A model generated the notes under the pieces. The model saw nothing but the letters and a program-made list of their open reading frames with translations. It was not told the origin of the DNA and did no database searches. A program made the position numbers and the translations under genes. Shown here piece by piece: positions 46,545-56,879 of a stretch of 64,000 nt of DNA. How positions within the stretch are numbered: position 1 is the first letter of the stretch; the number at the start of each line of letters is the position of its first letter. The stretch comes from Verrucomicrobiales bacterium (GTDB taxonomy: Bacteria > Verrucomicrobiota > Verrucomicrobiia > Limisphaerales > UBA1100). The stretch lies in the NCBI GenBank assembly GCA_038139415.1, contig JAYOSV010000001.1, positions 158,536 to 222,535 on the forward strand, written 5' to 3'.

Positions 46545-47009
46545 ATGGCAGGAGTAAGCGACAGCATGCCCGTTTATTACAATTCGCTCTATACCCATGG
46601 AGTCGACGGGAAGCGGCGTGTGCAGGTGCCGGCCAAGTGGCGGCCCGAATCGCCGGATGTGGAATTTACGCTCATCGTGTGGCCCAAGTCACCACACGGC
46701 CCGTGTTTGCGCGCTTTGCCGCCGGAGCAGATGTCCAAGCTAATGGAGGACATCAACACCATGAGCAACGACGACCCCAACAAGGTCGTGCTCAAGCGGT
46801 TCATTGGCAGCGAGAGTGTGCAAGTGGCCTTGGATAAGGCTGGACGGATTTGTTTGCCCGAGGCGATGGCGAAGCTGGCGGGCATTAAGAAGGAAGCGGT
46901 GTTGGTCGGATTGCTGGACCGCTTTGAAATTTGGAGCCCAGGCCGCTACGCGGAGGTGCGCAGCGAGGATCAGGTGATGGCCGGTGCGGCCTTTAGCCTG
47001 ATGGAATAA
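46545..47009 (+). CDS. mraZ: Transcriptional regulator MraZ
   Basis: VDGKRRVQVPAKWR, LDKAGRI and FEIW motifs; first gene of the dcw cluster. Confidence 0.92.
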   Translation: MAGVSDSMPVYYNSLYTHGVDGKRRVQVPAKWRPESPDVEFTLIVWPKSPHGPCLRALPPEQMSKLMEDINTMSNDDPNKVVLKRFIGSESVQVALDKAGRICLPEAMAKLAGIKKEAVLVGLLDRFEIWSPGRYAEVRSEDQVMAGAAFSLME

Positions 47010-47077
47010 CGCTGAACGCGGCAGGGCGGGTAGAGAATTTGGACTGCCATTCCGGCAGACGCCAAGGAGGTGGGAAA

Positions 47078-47121
47078 CGTGTTGGCCGGGTGAAATATCC
47101 CGGCCAACACGGGCCCTTTTT
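47078..47121 (+). terminator. Strong hairpin between mraZ and rsmH
   Basis: Perfect 13-bp stem CGTGTTGGCCGGG/CCCGGCCAACACG, followed by GGCCCTTTTT. Confidence 0.55.
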
Positions 47122-47131
47122 AAGAGTTTGC

Positions 47132-48064
47132 ATGGAGGCGATATTTCACCACGTGCCTGTGCTGGCGGCGGAGGTGATTGAAGCGCTCCGACCCGCGAGC
47201 GGTGGACGGTATCTTGACGGCACGCTTGGGGGCGGCGGGCATGCGGAGATAATTTTGAAGGCGAGTTCTCCTGACGGCAAGTTATGGGGAACGGATCGTG
47301 ACGAGTGTGCGATCGCGGCGGCGTCCAGTCGTCTGGCAGCATTTGGGGATCGGGTTGAGATCAAGAACGATTCCTATAGTAACGCGGCGGGTTGGGTTGC
47401 CGCGGGCACCTTGGATGGGGTGCTGCTGGACCTGGGCGTTAGCTCGCCTCAATTGGATCAGGCAAATCGCGGGTTCAGCGTGCAGGCTGATGGCCCGCTG
47501 GATATGCGGATGGATCAGGCCCAAGCCTTGACGGCGGCCGAGGTGGTCAATACCTGGCCGGAGGAGGAATTGGCGACGGTCATTTGGAAATACGGTGGTG
47601 ATCGGGATTCGCGTCGAATTGCCCGAGCCATCGTCCGAGCGCGCGTGGAGGCGCCCTTGGAAACGACGTGCCAATTGGCCAAAGCGGTCGTTAGTACGAA
47701 ACGGCGTGGGCGCTATAGGAAGCATCCGGCTGTGCAGGTGTTTCAGGCAATCCGCATCGCGGTGAATGATGAATTGGGCGAATTGACGCGCGGCATGGAG
47801 GGTGCGTTTGGATTGCTCAAGCCGGGCGGTCGGTTGGCGGTGATCACTTTTCATTCGCTGGAAGACCGAATGGTCAAGGAATTTGGTAACGAACACGCTC
47901 GGGATTATGATGTGCCAGGTGAGGTGGACGTACCAATGTTACGCGTGGACCGCGAGCCGCGTATGCGCTGGGTGAGTCGGAAGTCCATTCGGCCGACCGA
48001 TGCGGAACTGAAGGCAAATCCGCGGGCGCGTAGCGCACAGTTGAGAGTGTTGGAGAAGATTTAA
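47132..48064 (+). CDS. rsmH: 16S rRNA m4C1402 methyltransferase
   Basis: HVPVL, DGTLGGGGH, DLGVSS.Q, FHSLEDR and NPRARSA motifs. Confidence 0.96.
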   Translation: MEAIFHHVPVLAAEVIEALRPASGGRYLDGTLGGGGHAEIILKASSPDGKLWGTDRDECAIAAASSRLAAFGDRVEIKNDSYSNAAGWVAAGTLDGVLLDLGVSSPQLDQANRGFSVQADGPLDMRMDQAQALTAAEVVNTWPEEELATVIWKYGGDRDSRRIARAIVRARVEAPLETTCQLAKAVVSTKRRGRYRKHPAVQVFQAIRIAVNDELGELTRGMEGAFGLLKPGGRLAVITFHSLEDRMVKEFGNEHARDYDVPGEVDVPMLRVDREPRMRWVSRKSIRPTDAELKANPRARSAQLRVLEKI

Positions 48065-48076
48065 CCCAAGGGAAAT

Positions 48077-48442
48077 ATGAATCGTAAAAAGGGGAACAAG
48101 GCAGTACGGTTTGGTCCTGCGCTCAAGGCGGTTTTGATTTGCGTTGTCACCTGTGGTCTCGGTTTGGGGTACGTGTGGCAGAAACAGCAGATCAATTCCC
48201 TCGGGCAGCAGATCAAGGAGAACGAAATCAAACTGGAGGAATTGCGGCGTGAAAACAAACGCCGAGGTGATAATTTGGCTTACCTGATGTCACCTCAGGA
48301 ATTGGACACGCGCATGCGGCAGCTGAACCTGGACTTGATGGTGCCACGACCCGAACACATCATGGTGCTTCAGGAACAGCGGGAATCCGCCCCGCAAACG
48401 TCGTCGACCGGTACGGAACCCATCCGCACGGCCAGGCGCTAA
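48077..48442 (+). CDS. ftsL: FtsL-like cell division protein
   Basis: Single TM plus coiled coil; lies between rsmH and ftsI. Confidence 0.65.
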   Translation: MNRKKGNKAVRFGPALKAVLICVVTCGLGLGYVWQKQQINSLGQQIKENEIKLEELRRENKRRGDNLAYLMSPQELDTRMRQLNLDLMVPRPEHIMVLQEQRESAPQTSSTGTEPIRTARR

Positions 48443-48466
48443 CCCTCCTCCAGCCCGGAGAAATAC

Positions 48467-50320
48467 GTGGAAGATAACGGGAAGAGCCTGCAGCGCTCGG
48501 CCAAGCGGTGGCTTTACTGCTTTGGCGCCATCATGCTGTTGTCCTTCAGCCTGCTGGGCTATCGTCTGGTGGATCTTCAAGTGATCCGGCATGCGCAACT
48601 CAGCGATGCGGCCCGCGGCAATACGGTGCGCACTATCGTTCGCGAACCGCGGCGGGGAAATATTCTGGATGCCCGCGGCAACCTGCTGGCAACCAGTTTA
48701 TTTGTCAAAACCGTCTGTGCCGATCCGGGCTTGATCGGCCCGTATGGTCCGCAATTGGCCGCCGCCTTGGCGCCGCATTTGCATTTGGAAGTGGCATGGA
48801 TTGCTTCCAAGCTAGAACCGAAATTGTTTCAGGGCGATTCCGGGCAAATGCGTACGAATCGTTATGTCGTACTCAAGCGGAAAGTGCCGCGGGAGAAATG
48901 GGAGGAAATTGCGGCGGATCTGAAGAAGCTCGATCTCGGAGTGGATGAATCCGGCCTCACTCGTAAACAACGCCAGATGCTGGCCAGCGTGCGTCAGTCT
49001 ATTTTTGCCGACCGTAAGGAGGATCAACTCCGTGTGTATCCCGGAAACCGACTGGCTTCTCACGTGCTTGGTTTCGTAGGTGGAACCGATCATGACGGAA
49101 AAGAGGGCATCGAGCGGGTGTTGGATTCCCGGCTAACCGGCACCCGCGGTTGGCGGGTTACTGAAACCGATTCTCGCAAGCGTGAGGTGGTTTCACTGCG
49201 CCATCAGGACGTCGCCGCCCGCAACGGATTGAACGCCCGTCTTACCATTGACCTTGGCGTGCAGCATATCGTGGAGGCGGAACTGGATCAGGCGATGCAA
49301 CGCCATCAGCCGCAGGGCATCACCGCCGTGGTGGTGCGACCGGCGACCGGTGAAATTTTGGCGATGGCCAACCGACCGGATTTTGATCCCAACCGGCCCG
49401 GTGAATTCCCCGCCGCCAATCGCCGGAATCGGGCCGTGACCGATACGGCCGAGCCTGGCTCCACCTTCAAGGCCGTGACCGTTGCCGGCGCCATCAACGA
49501 ACGTTTGGTTTCACTGGAGAGCCGGTTCGATTGCGAGAACGGCATCTTTTATCATGGCGGCCGGCCGCTGCGGGACCATCACCCTTATAGGCGGCTGAGC
49601 GTGAAGGAGATCATTACCAAATCCTCCAACATCGGTTCCGCTAAGGTGGCCATGATGTTGGGCCAAAGCCACCTGCATCATTACATCCGGCGATTTGGGT
49701 TTGGGGAACGCACACGCGTGAGTCTGCCCGGCGAGGTATCCGGCACCGTGCATCCCTTGAAACGCTGGAACAAACTCTCCATCACCCGCGTGCCCATGGG
49801 GCATGAAGTGGCCACCACCCCCATCCAAATGGCCATGATGGCAAGTGCTATTGCCAATGGCGGAAAACTGATGCGGCCCATGCTTATGCGGCAGTTGGAA
49901 GATGAGGCCGGCCGGGTGGTGGTGCAATATCACCCCGAAGCCGTGCGACAGGTGGTGACCCCGGAAACAGCCCGGCGCGTGACCGAGGCATTGAAGACTG
50001 TGGTGGAGCCGGGCGGCACGGCTCGCCGTGCGGCGTTGGAGTATTATAGTGTGGCCGGGAAAACCGGCACGGCGCAAAAAGCGGGGCGCGGCGGATACAT
50101 CCCCGGCAAATATTATTCGTCATTCGTGGGGTTTTTTCCTGCCGACCAGCCCGCATTGTGTATATATGTGGCGCTCGATGAACCGACCGGGGACTACTAC
50201 GGAGGCCTTACCGCTGCTCCAATCTTCAAGGCGATCGCGGAGCGGTCGGCCAGTTATCTTGGTGTCAAACCGGATCTGGTCGAGCAAGGCTCCATGGTAT
50301 CCAACAGCGAAGGGCCATAA
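48467..50320 (+). CDS. ftsI: Class B penicillin-binding protein (PBP3)
   Basis: RG.ILD..G, EPGSTFK, SSN and KTGT motifs. Confidence 0.92.
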   Translation: MEDNGKSLQRSAKRWLYCFGAIMLLSFSLLGYRLVDLQVIRHAQLSDAARGNTVRTIVREPRRGNILDARGNLLATSLFVKTVCADPGLIGPYGPQLAAALAPHLHLEVAWIASKLEPKLFQGDSGQMRTNRYVVLKRKVPREKWEEIAADLKKLDLGVDESGLTRKQRQMLASVRQSIFADRKEDQLRVYPGNRLASHVLGFVGGTDHDGKEGIERVLDSRLTGTRGWRVTETDSRKREVVSLRHQDVAARNGLNARLTIDLGVQHIVEAELDQAMQRHQPQGITAVVVRPATGEILAMANRPDFDPNRPGEFPAANRRNRAVTDTAEPGSTFKAVTVAGAINERLVSLESRFDCENGIFYHGGRPLRDHHPYRRLSVKEIITKSSNIGSAKVAMMLGQSHLHHYIRRFGFGERTRVSLPGEVSGTVHPLKRWNKLSITRVPMGHEVATTPIQMAMMASAIANGGKLMRPMLMRQLEDEAGRVVVQYHPEAVRQVVTPETARRVTEALKTVVEPGGTARRAALEYYSVAGKTGTAQKAGRGGYIPGKYYSSFVGFFPADQPALCIYVALDEPTGDYYGGLTAAPIFKAIAERSASYLGVKPDLVEQGSMVSNSEGP

Positions 50321-50323
50321 ACC

Positions 50324-51772
50324 GTGAAATTAGCGGCACTGTTGGAGACTTTGTCGGAGGTGCAAACCACCGGCAATCTACCTGAATCCATCAAGGCTCT
50401 GGAATATGACTCGCGCCGAGTCGCGCCCGGTTCTCTTTTTATTGCGCTTCGCGGGGCGAAAGTGGACGGGCACCAGTTCGCCGCCCAAGCCGCCCAGCGC
50501 GGAGCTGTGGCCGTGGTGGCCGAGGAATCGCTGGTCTTGCCTGATACCTGTGCACTTTTGCGCGTGCCCAATAGCCGCGAGGCAATGGCAGATTTGGCGT
50601 CCGCATTTTACGGTCAACCGACTCGCCAACTAAAACTATTGGGCGTGACCGGCACCAACGGGAAAACATCCGTGGCGTTTCTGCTACGTCATCTTTTGGC
50701 GGCCTCCGGGAATCGTTGCGGCATGATTGGCACCGTTGAATACGATCTGGGTGAGCGCGTCGTGCCCGCTTCGCGAACGACTCCTGAATCGCTCGAGCTG
50801 CAGGCGTACTTGGCGGCCATGCGTGATGCCGGTTGCGAAATGGCCGTCATGGAGGTGAGCTCTCACGCTCTGCTGCAACATCGGGTGCGCCGATTAGATT
50901 TTACCGTCGTCGGCTTCACCAACCTGACGCAGGATCACCTCGATTATCACGGCGACATGGAGCAGTACTTTGCGGCCAAACGTCGGTTATTTGCTGATCA
51001 CAATTTCGGCACGGCCGTGGTGAATACGGAGGATTCTCACGGTCAACGTTTGGCTGAGGAATTTGCGGCCCAAACCGTGGGCGAAATACCAACGGCTGAT
51101 CTTTCCATTGAGGTCATCGAGCTGGCGCAAGCGCAGTCTCGTTTTCGCGTGGATGGCGTCAACTTTACCATGCCTTTGATCGGCCGTCATAACGTTTCCA
51201 ATGCCGCCTTGGCCTTGGGGATGGTCCGGGCGTTGGGCGTGAATCTGGAGGATTGCGTGAAGCCGCTGGCTTCGGCGGCCCCTGTGCCCGGCCGGCTGGA
51301 GCCGATTGAGGAAGATCAACTGTTTGCGGTATACGTCGATTACGCCCACACTGATGATGCCTTGCGTCAGGTGTTATCTACACTGCGCGAGATTACCCCG
51401 GGCCAATTGCGGGTCGTGTTTGGATGCGGTGGAAACCGGGATGTGGGGAAGCGGCAAAAGATGGGCGCGGTGGCCGCCACGTTGGCCGATGCGGTGATGA
51501 TTACCACGGACAACCCGCGCCGCGAGGACCCGGCGGCGATTGCAGATCAAATTGCCGAGGGTTGTGCTTCCGTAGAAGGTGCCGGCTGGCAGATTGAGTT
51601 GGATAGGGAACGTGCCATTGACGAAGCATTGCGGGCGGCGGCTCCGGGCGACACGGTGTTGCTAGCCGGCAAAGGGCACGAAACCTATCAGGAGATCCAT
51701 GATCTGGTGCAACCGTTTGATGACCGCGCCATGGCACGATCCATTTTGACAACCCTTAAAGAGACGCGTTGA
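50324..51772 (+). CDS. murE: UDP-MurNAc-L-Ala-D-Glu--meso-DAP ligase
   Basis: GTNGKT, MEVSSH, DYAH, DNPR (DAP-specific) and AGKGHE motifs. Confidence 0.95.
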   Translation: MKLAALLETLSEVQTTGNLPESIKALEYDSRRVAPGSLFIALRGAKVDGHQFAAQAAQRGAVAVVAEESLVLPDTCALLRVPNSREAMADLASAFYGQPTRQLKLLGVTGTNGKTSVAFLLRHLLAASGNRCGMIGTVEYDLGERVVPASRTTPESLELQAYLAAMRDAGCEMAVMEVSSHALLQHRVRRLDFTVVGFTNLTQDHLDYHGDMEQYFAAKRRLFADHNFGTAVVNTEDSHGQRLAEEFAAQTVGEIPTADLSIEVIELAQAQSRFRVDGVNFTMPLIGRHNVSNAALALGMVRALGVNLEDCVKPLASAAPVPGRLEPIEEDQLFAVYVDYAHTDDALRQVLSTLREITPGQLRVVFGCGGNRDVGKRQKMGAVAATLADAVMITTDNPRREDPAAIADQIAEGCASVEGAGWQIELDRERAIDEALRAAAPGDTVLLAGKGHETYQEIHDLVQPFDDRAMARSILTTLKETR

Positions 51773-53121
51773 TGGAGCGGTCATTACAATTTTTGCTCGA
51801 GGCGTGTTCGGGGGAAAGTGTAGGCATCGAACCGGCGCAGTTTTATCAGCGGGTTTGCACCGATACCCGCGCGGTGCAACCTGGCGATTTGTTTATTGCG
51901 CTGCGCGGCGAACGCTTCAATGGCAATGCCTATGCGGCAGAGGCACTTCAATCGGGGGCGGTGGCGGCGGTGGTGGATGAGCCGGTGGACGCAGCCTCGG
52001 TTTTGCGCGTGGCGGATGCCCGCGTGGCGTATGGTCAGTTGGCTGCTGCTCATCGGCGGGAGTTCGAGTTACCGGTGTTCGGCGTGGCGGGATCCAACGG
52101 CAAAACTTCCACCAAAGATATGTTGGCCTCCGTGCTGGGGGCTGAACGCAACGTGCTGCGCAGTGAGGCCAGTTTTAACAACGACGTGGGGGTGCCCGCG
52201 ACCTTACTGAAGCTTGGCCCGAAACATGAGGCTGCGGTGGTGGAACTGGGCACCAATCATCCCGGTGAACTGGCGCCCTTGATGCAGATGACGGCGCCGG
52301 ATTATGGGGTGCTCACGGGGATTGGTCGCGAGCATTTGGAGTTTTTCGGTGACCTGCAAGGCGTGGCACAAGAGGAAGGGATGGTGGCGGAGTTGTTGCC
52401 GTCTCGTGGAAAACTTTTCCTGTATGGCGATGGAGATTGGGTTAATCCAATGTGTCAACGTACCCAGGCTCACGTCATTCGCGTGGGCTTTGAAGCGGCT
52501 AATGATTGGCAGGTGAAGACCGTGCAGGTTGAAGAGAGCGGGACTCACTTTTCAATTCGGGCAGCTGAAGACTTGTGGAGCGGGGATTATTTTACTCCGC
52601 TCATTGGGCGCCATCAGGCCAGCAATGCCGCCTTGGCGCTGGCGGCTGGAGCATCGCTGGGCATGGATCGAGAGGCCATGGCTCGGGGATTGGCGGCCAG
52701 TTCGCAGCCGAGACAGCGATTGCAATGGGCCGAGAGCGGCGGAGTGCGTTGGCTGAATGATGCCTACAATGCTAACGCGGATTCAGTCCGAGCCTCGTTG
52801 GAAACACTGGGTGCCTTGAAAACGGCCGGCCGCCGGTTTGTGGTGTTTGGTGAGATGGCTGAACTGGGGGAGCACTCCGAGGACGCGCACCGGGAGGCTG
52901 GCGAATTGGCGGCCTCTGTGGCAGCAGGTTTGGTTGCGATTGGTCAATGGGCTGAAGTTACCGCCGAAACGGCACGAGCGGCGGGGTTGAAGAGAGTTGA
53001 AGCCGTGTCGGATGCTCAAGGCGCTGCGAATGTGTTGCGAGAGTGGGTGCAGCCGAAGGATGTGGTGTTATTGAAGGCTTCGCGAGCGGCGAAGCTTGAA
53101 CAGATTATGGATTTATATTAG
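51769..53121 (+). CDS. murF: UDP-MurNAc-tripeptide--D-Ala-D-Ala ligase
   Basis: GSNGKTSTK, NN.VGVP, DAYNAN and KASR motifs. Confidence 0.95.
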   Translation: MMERSLQFLLEACSGESVGIEPAQFYQRVCTDTRAVQPGDLFIALRGERFNGNAYAAEALQSGAVAAVVDEPVDAASVLRVADARVAYGQLAAAHRREFELPVFGVAGSNGKTSTKDMLASVLGAERNVLRSEASFNNDVGVPATLLKLGPKHEAAVVELGTNHPGELAPLMQMTAPDYGVLTGIGREHLEFFGDLQGVAQEEGMVAELLPSRGKLFLYGDGDWVNPMCQRTQAHVIRVGFEAANDWQVKTVQVEESGTHFSIRAAEDLWSGDYFTPLIGRHQASNAALALAAGASLGMDREAMARGLAASSQPRQRLQWAESGGVRWLNDAYNANADSVRASLETLGALKTAGRRFVVFGEMAELGEHSEDAHREAGELAASVAAGLVAIGQWAEVTAETARAAGLKRVEAVSDAQGAANVLREWVQPKDVVLLKASRAAKLEQIMDLY

Positions 53122-53143
53122 CCCGCTAATACGGGTTGGGAGG

Positions 53144-54322
53144 ATGTTTTATTATTTGAGTCAACTGCCGGAATGGCTGATGCACAATGGGCACAGTCAA
53201 TGGGGGGATTGGCTCTCGCCACTGAACGTCTTTCAGTACTCCACCTTTCGCAGCGCTGGGGCGGCGGTGACGGCACTGCTGATTTGCTGGTGGCTGGGGC
53301 CGCGAGTCATTCGTTGGCTGCAATATTTGGCAAACCAGGAGTACGAGGACATGGCGCGCGAAGGCGGCGGGATATCCGACGGGGTCAGTAAAAAAAACGT
53401 ACCGACCATGGGCGGGTTGCTGATTGTGGCGGCGGTTGATCTTTCGGCCCTGATGTGGGCGCAATGGAACCCATTGGTGACGCTCACGCTGCTTTCGATG
53501 CTGGCTCTATGTTTGCTGGGTTTTTACGATGATTACTCGAAGGTGACGCAGCAAAGTCGTGAGGCCGGATTGTCCGAGGGCGTCAAGTTGGTGGGGCAGA
53601 TTTTTCTCGCGGTGTTCATTGCCGTGTACCTGTGGCGATTGGATGACACTCGGGAATTGATCACGGCAGTGATGGTGCCGTTTTTCAAGGATCCAGTTCT
53701 GGAGGGGCCTTCCCACACCATGGTGTGGTCGGTGGCGGCAGTGATGGGGTTATTCATCACCGTCTCCGCGATTGTCGGCAGCTCAAACGCGGTGAACCTG
53801 ACCGATGGGCTGGATGGATTGGCGATTGGCTGCACGTTGATCGTTTCCTTTGTGTTTTACATTTTTACATACATTGCCGGTAACGCGGCGATTGCGAGTG
53901 AACTGTATGTGCCTCATGTGCGCGGAGCGGTAGAGTTATCGGTCATTTGTGCGGCAGTGATCGGGGCAGGATTGGGGTTCCTGTGGTTCAACTGTCATCC
54001 GGCCAAGGTGTTCATGGGCGACACGGGGTCGCTGGCGTTAGGGGGCTCGTTGGGCATCATGGCCGTGCTGATCCATCAGCCTTTTGTCTTGGTGATTGCC
54101 GGCGGGGTGTTTGTGTTGGAGGCGCTCAGCGTGATGTTGCAACGGGGATGGTTTAAATGGACGCGACTGCGCACGGGCGAGGGACGGCGAATTTTCTTAA
54201 TGGCGCCATTGCACCATCACTTCCAGAAAAAGGGCTGGCACGAAAACCAGGTGGTGATGCGCTTTTACATCCTAGGCATTCTGTTTGCCGTGCTGGCCTT
54301 GGCAACCCTGAAGTTGCGCTAG
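53144..54322 (+). CDS. mraY: Phospho-N-acetylmuramoyl-pentapeptide transferase
   Basis: PTMGG, DDY, NLTDGLDGL, FMGDTGS and APLHHHF motifs. Confidence 0.96.
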   Translation: MFYYLSQLPEWLMHNGHSQWGDWLSPLNVFQYSTFRSAGAAVTALLICWWLGPRVIRWLQYLANQEYEDMAREGGGISDGVSKKNVPTMGGLLIVAAVDLSALMWAQWNPLVTLTLLSMLALCLLGFYDDYSKVTQQSREAGLSEGVKLVGQIFLAVFIAVYLWRLDDTRELITAVMVPFFKDPVLEGPSHTMVWSVAAVMGLFITVSAIVGSSNAVNLTDGLDGLAIGCTLIVSFVFYIFTYIAGNAAIASELYVPHVRGAVELSVICAAVIGAGLGFLWFNCHPAKVFMGDTGSLALGGSLGIMAVLIHQPFVLVIAGGVFVLEALSVMLQRGWFKWTRLRTGEGRRIFLMAPLHHHFQKKGWHENQVVMRFYILGILFAVLALATLKLR

Positions 54323-54323
54323 A

Positions 54324-55706
54324 ATGAAACTGGGGCCGGACAAGGCGGTGTGCGTTCTGGGACTCGGTCGAAGCGGGAAGGCGGCTGTGGAATGGCTGCA
54401 AACTACCGGCGCTAAGGTGACCGCCGTGGATGGCCGCGCCACGCCGGAACTTCAGGGATGGGCGGATCAATTGCCAGCGGATTTCGATTGCCGTTTGGGA
54501 GAACGGACGGTGTTGACCGATCGGTTTGACTTGACCGTGGTGAGCCCAGGTGTGCCTTTGGATCAACCACAGGTAGTGAGCTTGCGCGCCCGCGGTGTGC
54601 CCGTGTGGGGTGAGCTGGAGTTGGGCTGGAGCGCAGCACAGTGTCCGGCCATTGCGATTACGGGGACCAATGGAAAGACGACCACGACTGAATGGGTGAC
54701 GCAGCTGCTGAGCGAGACGGGCCGCCAAGTTTTGTCCGCCGGAAATATCGGCCGACCGTTATGCGAAGTGTTGCCGAAAACGAGCAAGCTGGATGCCGTT
54801 GTGCTTGAGGTCAGTTCGTTTCAGTTGGAGGCAATTGAATCCTTTCGCGCGAGTGTGGGCGTGCTGTTGAACTTGGCTGAGGATCATTTGGATCGTCATG
54901 GATCCATGGAAAACTATGTTCGCGCCAAGGCGCGTATCTTCGAAAATCAAAAGCCCTTCGATTGGGCGATTATGCAGTTTGAGGCGTTGAAACAATTGCA
55001 GGCACTGGGCGTGATCGTGCCGGGGAAAGTCATTACCTTCAGCGCCCGCACGCACTCTGCGGATGTGTATCTGGAAGGTAATCGGATCATCAGTCGGTTG
55101 CCGGGAGAGGAAGGTTCTGTGCTGGATTTGGCTGAATGTGCGCTGGAGGGGCTGCACAACGCCGAAAACCTTATGGCCGCGTGGTTGGTGGGGCGCGCTA
55201 TGAAGCTGTTGCCGTCCGAGATGATACCGGTCCTGCAAACACTCCGCACCGGCGAGCACCGTTGTGAGATGGTGGCGGAATGGGAGGGGGTGCGGTTTTA
55301 CAACGATTCGAAAGCAACCAATGTACATGCGCTGGAAAGTGCGCTGCGATCGATGCCGTTTGCCGAGGCAGCAGGCCGGAATGTTTGGCTCATTGCCGGG
55401 GGGCAGGGCAAGGGGATGGATTATCAGGCGGCCGCGGCGGCAGTTGAGAAACGGGTTAAGGGAGCTTGGTTAATCGGGGCTTCGGCCGGCGAAATTCAAT
55501 CGGCCTGGAGTCCTTTTGCGCCTTGCAATTTGGCAGCGGATTTGATAGAAGCAGTAGCTGAAGCAGGGAGGAATGCTGCCCCGGGAGATGTCGTGTTGCT
55601 GTCGCCGGCTTGTGCCAGTTTTGACATGTTCGACAGCTACCAGCATCGAGGAGACCAGTTCCGCGCCGTCGTGATGGAATGGGTCGAATCGAGGCAAGGC
55701 GATTGA
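54324..55706 (+). CDS. murD: UDP-MurNAc-L-Ala--D-Glu ligase
   Basis: GLGRSG, GTNGKTT, EVSSFQL, NDSKATN and SPACASFD motifs. Confidence 0.96.
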   Translation: MKLGPDKAVCVLGLGRSGKAAVEWLQTTGAKVTAVDGRATPELQGWADQLPADFDCRLGERTVLTDRFDLTVVSPGVPLDQPQVVSLRARGVPVWGELELGWSAAQCPAIAITGTNGKTTTTEWVTQLLSETGRQVLSAGNIGRPLCEVLPKTSKLDAVVLEVSSFQLEAIESFRASVGVLLNLAEDHLDRHGSMENYVRAKARIFENQKPFDWAIMQFEALKQLQALGVIVPGKVITFSARTHSADVYLEGNRIISRLPGEEGSVLDLAECALEGLHNAENLMAAWLVGRAMKLLPSEMIPVLQTLRTGEHRCEMVAEWEGVRFYNDSKATNVHALESALRSMPFAEAAGRNVWLIAGGQGKGMDYQAAAAAVEKRVKGAWLIGASAGEIQSAWSPFAPCNLAADLIEAVAEAGRNAAPGDVVLLSPACASFDMFDSYQHRGDQFRAVVMEWVESRQGD

Positions 55707-55886
55707 ACGCCAAAGATCCTTGGGGCAACCAAGTCAGCGTGTGTGATATTCACATGTTGTTGGCAAGTTTAGCACATTCGGTTTTACGCGTTCCCACTGC
55801 TCCATTATCAATGCGTGTCGCCTTGTTGGGCGCCACATAAAGGAGGAAGCCCAAAAGGGTTTCACACAACAAAGGAGGGTGTGGCA

Positions 55887-56813
55887 ATGAAAGGTAGTAA
55901 TCCAATTATTCCACCGGGTGCCCAGTTTGATGGGGCTCGGCGCGGGCGTTCCAATATGCGAATGGCTGTGGTCGTTGTGGTGCTCATGCACATGGCGTTG
56001 TTTGCCGGTATTTTATTTAATGCCTGTAAACAAAAAGACGAGGGCGAAGCTCAAAAAGAAACCGAGCAGGAAATGGCCGGCATCGTGAACCGGCAGCCCG
56101 AACCGGCGCCCTTGCCTGAACCTTTGACTCCGGATCCTTTGCCGACCTTGCCGGCCCTGCCGAATGCGGGTTCCACACTGCCGCCATTGCCCACTGAAGG
56201 CAGTGCAGGCGTGCCGCCATTGCCTTTGCCAAGCACACCGGCGGTTCCCTTGCCATTGGCTCCGGCTCCATCTATTCCCAGTCCGGCTCTACCAGCTCCG
56301 GCTGTTGGCGGTTCGGAATATGTAATCGCCAGCGGAGACAACTTCTGGACCATTGGTCGCAAATTTGGCGTGAGCGCCAAGCAGATTGAACAGGCGAACC
56401 CCAGCGTGGTGCCGACTCGGATGAAAATCGGTCAAAAAATTAATATCCCAGCGCCAGCACCGGTGGCCGCTCCGGCGCCCGCGGCGGCTCCAGTGGTGGA
56501 TGATGGTAGCACGTACACGGTGAAATCCGGTGACACGCTGGGTCACATCGCCCTCCAGCATAAGGTGAAGATTGCGGAACTTAAGGCGTTGAACGGCTTG
56601 AGTACGGATCTGATTCGGATCGGGCAAAAACTCAAGCTGCCCGCCGCGGCCCTGCCAGCGGGGCCGACTACGGGCGTGGATTTCCCGGGAGCCATTCCGC
56701 CATCCTTGCCGCTACTACCTTCCACCTCCGGGTTGGGGCCAGCAGTCAACCCGGAAGATGGTCTGCCGGTGGGTACTGGTGGACCCGTACCAGCCCCTGT
56801 GCCGGGCTTGTAA
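55887..56813 (+). CDS. Membrane-anchored protein with two LysM domains and Pro-rich linkers
   Basis: YVIASGDNFWTI...IGQKINIP and YTVKSGDTL..IA...IGQKLKLP; AAGGAGG upstream of ATG 55887. Confidence 0.9.
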   Translation: MKGSNPIIPPGAQFDGARRGRSNMRMAVVVVVLMHMALFAGILFNACKQKDEGEAQKETEQEMAGIVNRQPEPAPLPEPLTPDPLPTLPALPNAGSTLPPLPTEGSAGVPPLPLPSTPAVPLPLAPAPSIPSPALPAPAVGGSEYVIASGDNFWTIGRKFGVSAKQIEQANPSVVPTRMKIGQKINIPAPAPVAAPAPAAAPVVDDGSTYTVKSGDTLGHIALQHKVKIAELKALNGLSTDLIRIGQKLKLPAAALPAGPTTGVDFPGAIPPSLPLLPSTSGLGPAVNPEDGLPVGTGGPVPAPVPGL

Positions 56814-56879
56814 TTTCAGCGAAACGGATTGGGCGTGGATTTCCGCGTCCAATCTTTTTGGTTTTCCGCAGACCGGGTC

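Noticed and set aside
55742..55754. CRP or Rex site
   Set aside because: The TGTGA/TCACA spacing is 3 nt, which fits neither consensus. Kept only as an unassigned palindrome.
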